Shown one piece after another: positions 61,581 through 64,000 of a stretch of 64,000 nucleotides of DNA. Made by a program: the position numbers and the translations under genes. The notes under the pieces were generated by a model, which was not told where the DNA came from, did no database searches, and was given only the letters and a program-made list of their open reading frames with translations. The stretch spans positions 24,188 through 88,187 of the forward strand of contig CAYREX010000002.1 of assembly GCA_964423505.1 (NCBI GenBank), in the 5' to 3' direction. How positions within the stretch are numbered: the first letter of the stretch is position 1; every line of letters begins with the position of its first letter. The DNA is from an uncultured bacterium (GTDB taxonomy: Bacteria; Fermentibacterota; Fermentibacteria; Fermentibacterales; JCC-6).

Positions 61581-62617
61581 GGATACTGGTCGCCTCCGTC
61601 GACGCCATCCCCGGCTACTCCGGCGGCTGGGCCACCCCGCTGGACCTGCTCCAGGGTGAGCACGAGATGGCCTACGCGGTCAAGCGGGGCAGACCCGGCT
61701 CCTACGAGCTGGAGGGGGTGAGGGTCCGGTCGGTGCCCCGGCCGCTGAGGCTCCTTCGGGACTGGCCCACCCTGAACCGGCTTCGGCTGGCCCTGGCCTC
61801 ACCGCCCTTCAGGCGCACCATAGCCAGGGCATTCCGGGAGCACCGGGCCGACTTCGTCCTCTGCCTCAACGTCAGCTCCGCGAGGGAGTGCGTCCGGCTG
61901 GGCCTTCCCTACGCGCTCCGCTTCCACGGGGCGCCCTCTCCCACCGCGCCCGGGGAGCTCCGTGAGCTCATCGAAGGCGCCGCCTTCGCCACCAGGGGCC
62001 CCAGCGTGGAGATACCCGGCGAGGAGGCGGTAGTACCCATAAGCCACTGCGTGGACCTGGAGAGGTTCGAGTACGCCGAGCACCCCCGGGCGGAGAGGGT
62101 CCTCATGCTGTCCACGCTGAACCCCATGCGCAGGCCGGAGCTCTTCATCCGGGGCGTCGCGATGTCGGGGCTTAGGGGGACGGTTGTGGGGGACGGCATC
62201 CTGAGGCGGGAGGTCGAGCGGATGTGCAGGGAGACCGGAGGCAGAGTCGAGTACCACGAGCCGGTCCCCAGGCTTGCCCTCCCGGGTCTGCTCCGCCGGT
62301 TCCAGATAGGCGTCGCATGCTTCCGGAAGGTCCCGCTCATCTACCAGATGAGGGTCAACGAGTACATGGCCTCCGGGCTCTACCCGCTGGTCATGCCCTG
62401 GACCCACCTGGCCCGGGAGGCGCCGGAGCTCACACGGACCTTCGAGACCCCGGAGGAGCTGGCCGAGCTGCTGGACGCGCTCGCCTCGGACTGGGGCTCG
62501 ACGCTGGAATCCAGGAGGAGGGGGAGGCGGTTCGTCCTGGAGCGGTACGACATAGAGCGCCCCAGGGAGAAGATGCGCAGCATCCTCGTGGACGCCTTCG
62601 GCAGCGGGGCGGTCTGA
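61577..62617 (+). CDS. glycosyltransferase (GT-B fold, group 1-like)
   Basis: ATG overlaps the upstream stop (ATGA). Weak GT1 C-terminal similarity. Confidence 0.5.
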   Translation: MRILVASVDAIPGYSGGWATPLDLLQGEHEMAYAVKRGRPGSYELEGVRVRSVPRPLRLLRDWPTLNRLRLALASPPFRRTIARAFREHRADFVLCLNVSSARECVRLGLPYALRFHGAPSPTAPGELRELIEGAAFATRGPSVEIPGEEAVVPISHCVDLERFEYAEHPRAERVLMLSTLNPMRRPELFIRGVAMSGLRGTVVGDGILRREVERMCRETGGRVEYHEPVPRLALPGLLRRFQIGVACFRKVPLIYQMRVNEYMASGLYPLVMPWTHLAREAPELTRTFETPEELAELLDALASDWGSTLESRRRGRRFVLERYDIERPREKMRSILVDAFGSGAV

Positions 62618-62619
62618 CG

Positions 62620-63879
62620 GTGTCCGGGCTGCTCCTTGTTGGTCACTCCGAGGCCAGGCTCGCCCCGGAGATGGGCGGCGGCGCCGCCGTGATGCGGACC
62701 CTCAGGTTCCGCGGCGCGCTGGAGGATGCGGGGCACCGGGTGGACGCTCTCGCGCCGCCTCCCGGACCGCGCGGTGCCCTCGAGGTCCGGGAGCGTCTCG
62801 CGGGCGGCGGCTACGACGCCGTGGTCGCCGTGAGCATGGTTCCGGCCCTTGCGGCTGTCGGCTCCGGGACCGGGCTCCCGCTCTGGATAGACGTCAACGG
62901 GGCGCATATCGCCGAGATGCAGCTGAAGTCGGCTCTCACCCCGACCCGGGAGATACTAGCCCGGACCATAGAGGCGCAGTCCAGGCTGCTCATGCGCGGC
63001 GACCGCTTCTCCGCGGTCTCGGGACCCCAGCGGCACGCCCTGGAGGGGCAGCTTCTCCTGCTCGGCCGCCTGGACGGCTCCGGCACGGGCGAGGAGATGG
63101 TCAGCGTCATCGGGCACTGCGCCACAGCGGTCCCGCCGGAGCGGAGGGGAGACGATGGTGGAGGCCTCGTCGTGCTCTCCTCCGGCTCGTTCAACCTCTG
63201 GTTCGACGGAGAGACGCTCTTCGGGGCGATGGAGCTCCTGATGGAGCGCCATCCGGATGCCCGGTTCGTCTCGGTGGGCGGTGCCGTACCCCATTCCCCG
63301 GAGTCCTACGGCCGGTTCGCGGAGATGGTCTCCGGAAGCTCTCATGCGGACAGGATGGAGCTGCTCGGCTGGGTGGACGGCGACCGGCTGGAGCGCGCCT
63401 ACGGCTCGGCCGACGTCGCCGTCTACGCGGACCTCCCCTGCATCGAGACGGAGCTCGGCGCGAGGACCAGGGTGCTGGACTGGGTGTCCAGGGGCATACC
63501 GGTCGTCTGCACGGAGGGGGCGGAGGTCTCCCTGGACGTCCGCGAGCACGGCCTGGGCATCACCGTGCCCCAACGCTCGCCGGAGGAGCTGGCCGGCGCC
63601 CTCATGGAGCTGGCTGACGCCGGCGCCAGGGCAGCGGTGACGGAGGCGCAGAGGAGGTGGTGCGAGGGACCCGGTTCGCCCGGACGGATGTTCCGGCCGC
63701 TGCTGGACTGGGCAGAGGCCCCGCGGAGGTCGGTGTTCGACCCGGGCGGGGTGGGAAGGCCTCCGGTGGGCGGCCCCCGGAGCATCCGGTTCCTTGCATG
63801 GCTGACCGGAGAGCACCTCCGGAGGGTCGGGCTGCGCGGCCTGGCGGCAAGGGTGGCGAGGAAGCTCAGGGGGGGGTGA
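62620..63879 (+). CDS. glycosyltransferase, group 1-like
   Basis: GTG 62620 directly after the upstream TGA. ...ADVAVYADLPCIETELGARTRVLDWVSRGIPVVCTEGAE... GT-B C-terminal domain. Confidence 0.5.
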   Translation: MSGLLLVGHSEARLAPEMGGGAAVMRTLRFRGALEDAGHRVDALAPPPGPRGALEVRERLAGGGYDAVVAVSMVPALAAVGSGTGLPLWIDVNGAHIAEMQLKSALTPTREILARTIEAQSRLLMRGDRFSAVSGPQRHALEGQLLLLGRLDGSGTGEEMVSVIGHCATAVPPERRGDDGGGLVVLSSGSFNLWFDGETLFGAMELLMERHPDARFVSVGGAVPHSPESYGRFAEMVSGSSHADRMELLGWVDGDRLERAYGSADVAVYADLPCIETELGARTRVLDWVSRGIPVVCTEGAEVSLDVREHGLGITVPQRSPEELAGALMELADAGARAAVTEAQRRWCEGPGSPGRMFRPLLDWAEAPRRSVFDPGGVGRPPVGGPRSIRFLAWLTGEHLRRVGLRGLAARVARKLRGG

Positions 63880-64000
63880 GAGCCTCCCGGTAGACCTCCA
63901 GGGTCATCCGCACCGTCCGCTCCCAGGTGAAGCCGGCGGCCCTCTCGATCCCCTTCGATGACAGGTCGGAGCGCAGAGCCGGATCGGTCGCCATCCGGAG
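63866..64000 (-). CDS. glycosyltransferase family 4, C-terminal fragment (5' end outside window)
   Basis: Minus-strand translation ...LRSDLSSKGIERAAGFTWERTVRMTLEVYREAL* is a typical GT4 C-terminus. Overlaps the convergent upstream gene by 14 nt. Confidence 0.4.
   Translation of the reverse strand, partial: LRMATDPALRSDLSSKGIERAAGFTWERTVRMTLEVYREALTPP

Overview
High-GC (~68%) bacterial chromosome segment centred on the replication-origin neighbourhood. The syntenic core runs mnmE-mnmG-rsmG-parA-parB on the minus strand, then yidC-yidD-rnpA-rpmH, divergent from dnaA-dnaN-(DUF721/DciA-like)-gyrB-gyrA on the plus strand. DnaA-box clusters sit on both sides of dnaA. Upstream on the minus strand are a fermentative iorAB-ptb-buk cluster and a radical-SAM/SPASM enzyme translationally coupled to a Cys-containing secreted protein. 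Downstream of gyrA come a 1183-aa orphan protein coupled to an asparaginase, a bactofilin module, and a complete V/A-type ATPase operon (H?-I-K-E-C-F-A-B-D) preceded by an AT-rich island with four more DnaA boxes. The ATPase operon is followed by an IS200/RAYT-like HUH transposase bracketed by ~34-bp inverted repeats. Further on are tandem c-di-GMP-I (GEMM) riboswitches in front of a small secreted protein, a peroxiredoxin, serS, and the start of a large polysaccharide locus (DegT aminotransferase, WbaP-like phosphotransferase, B12-radical SAM, many GT2/GT4 genes). A trifunctional GT4-formyltransferase-NodB deacetylase fusion lies at 13.5-16.3 kb. I found no rRNA, tRNA or CRISPR. A T9SS/FlgD-like C-terminal tail on a repeat protein and the V-type ATPase suggest an FCB-group-like or candidate-phylum bacterium; this is inference only. 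The long antisense ORFs in the track are GC artefacts.
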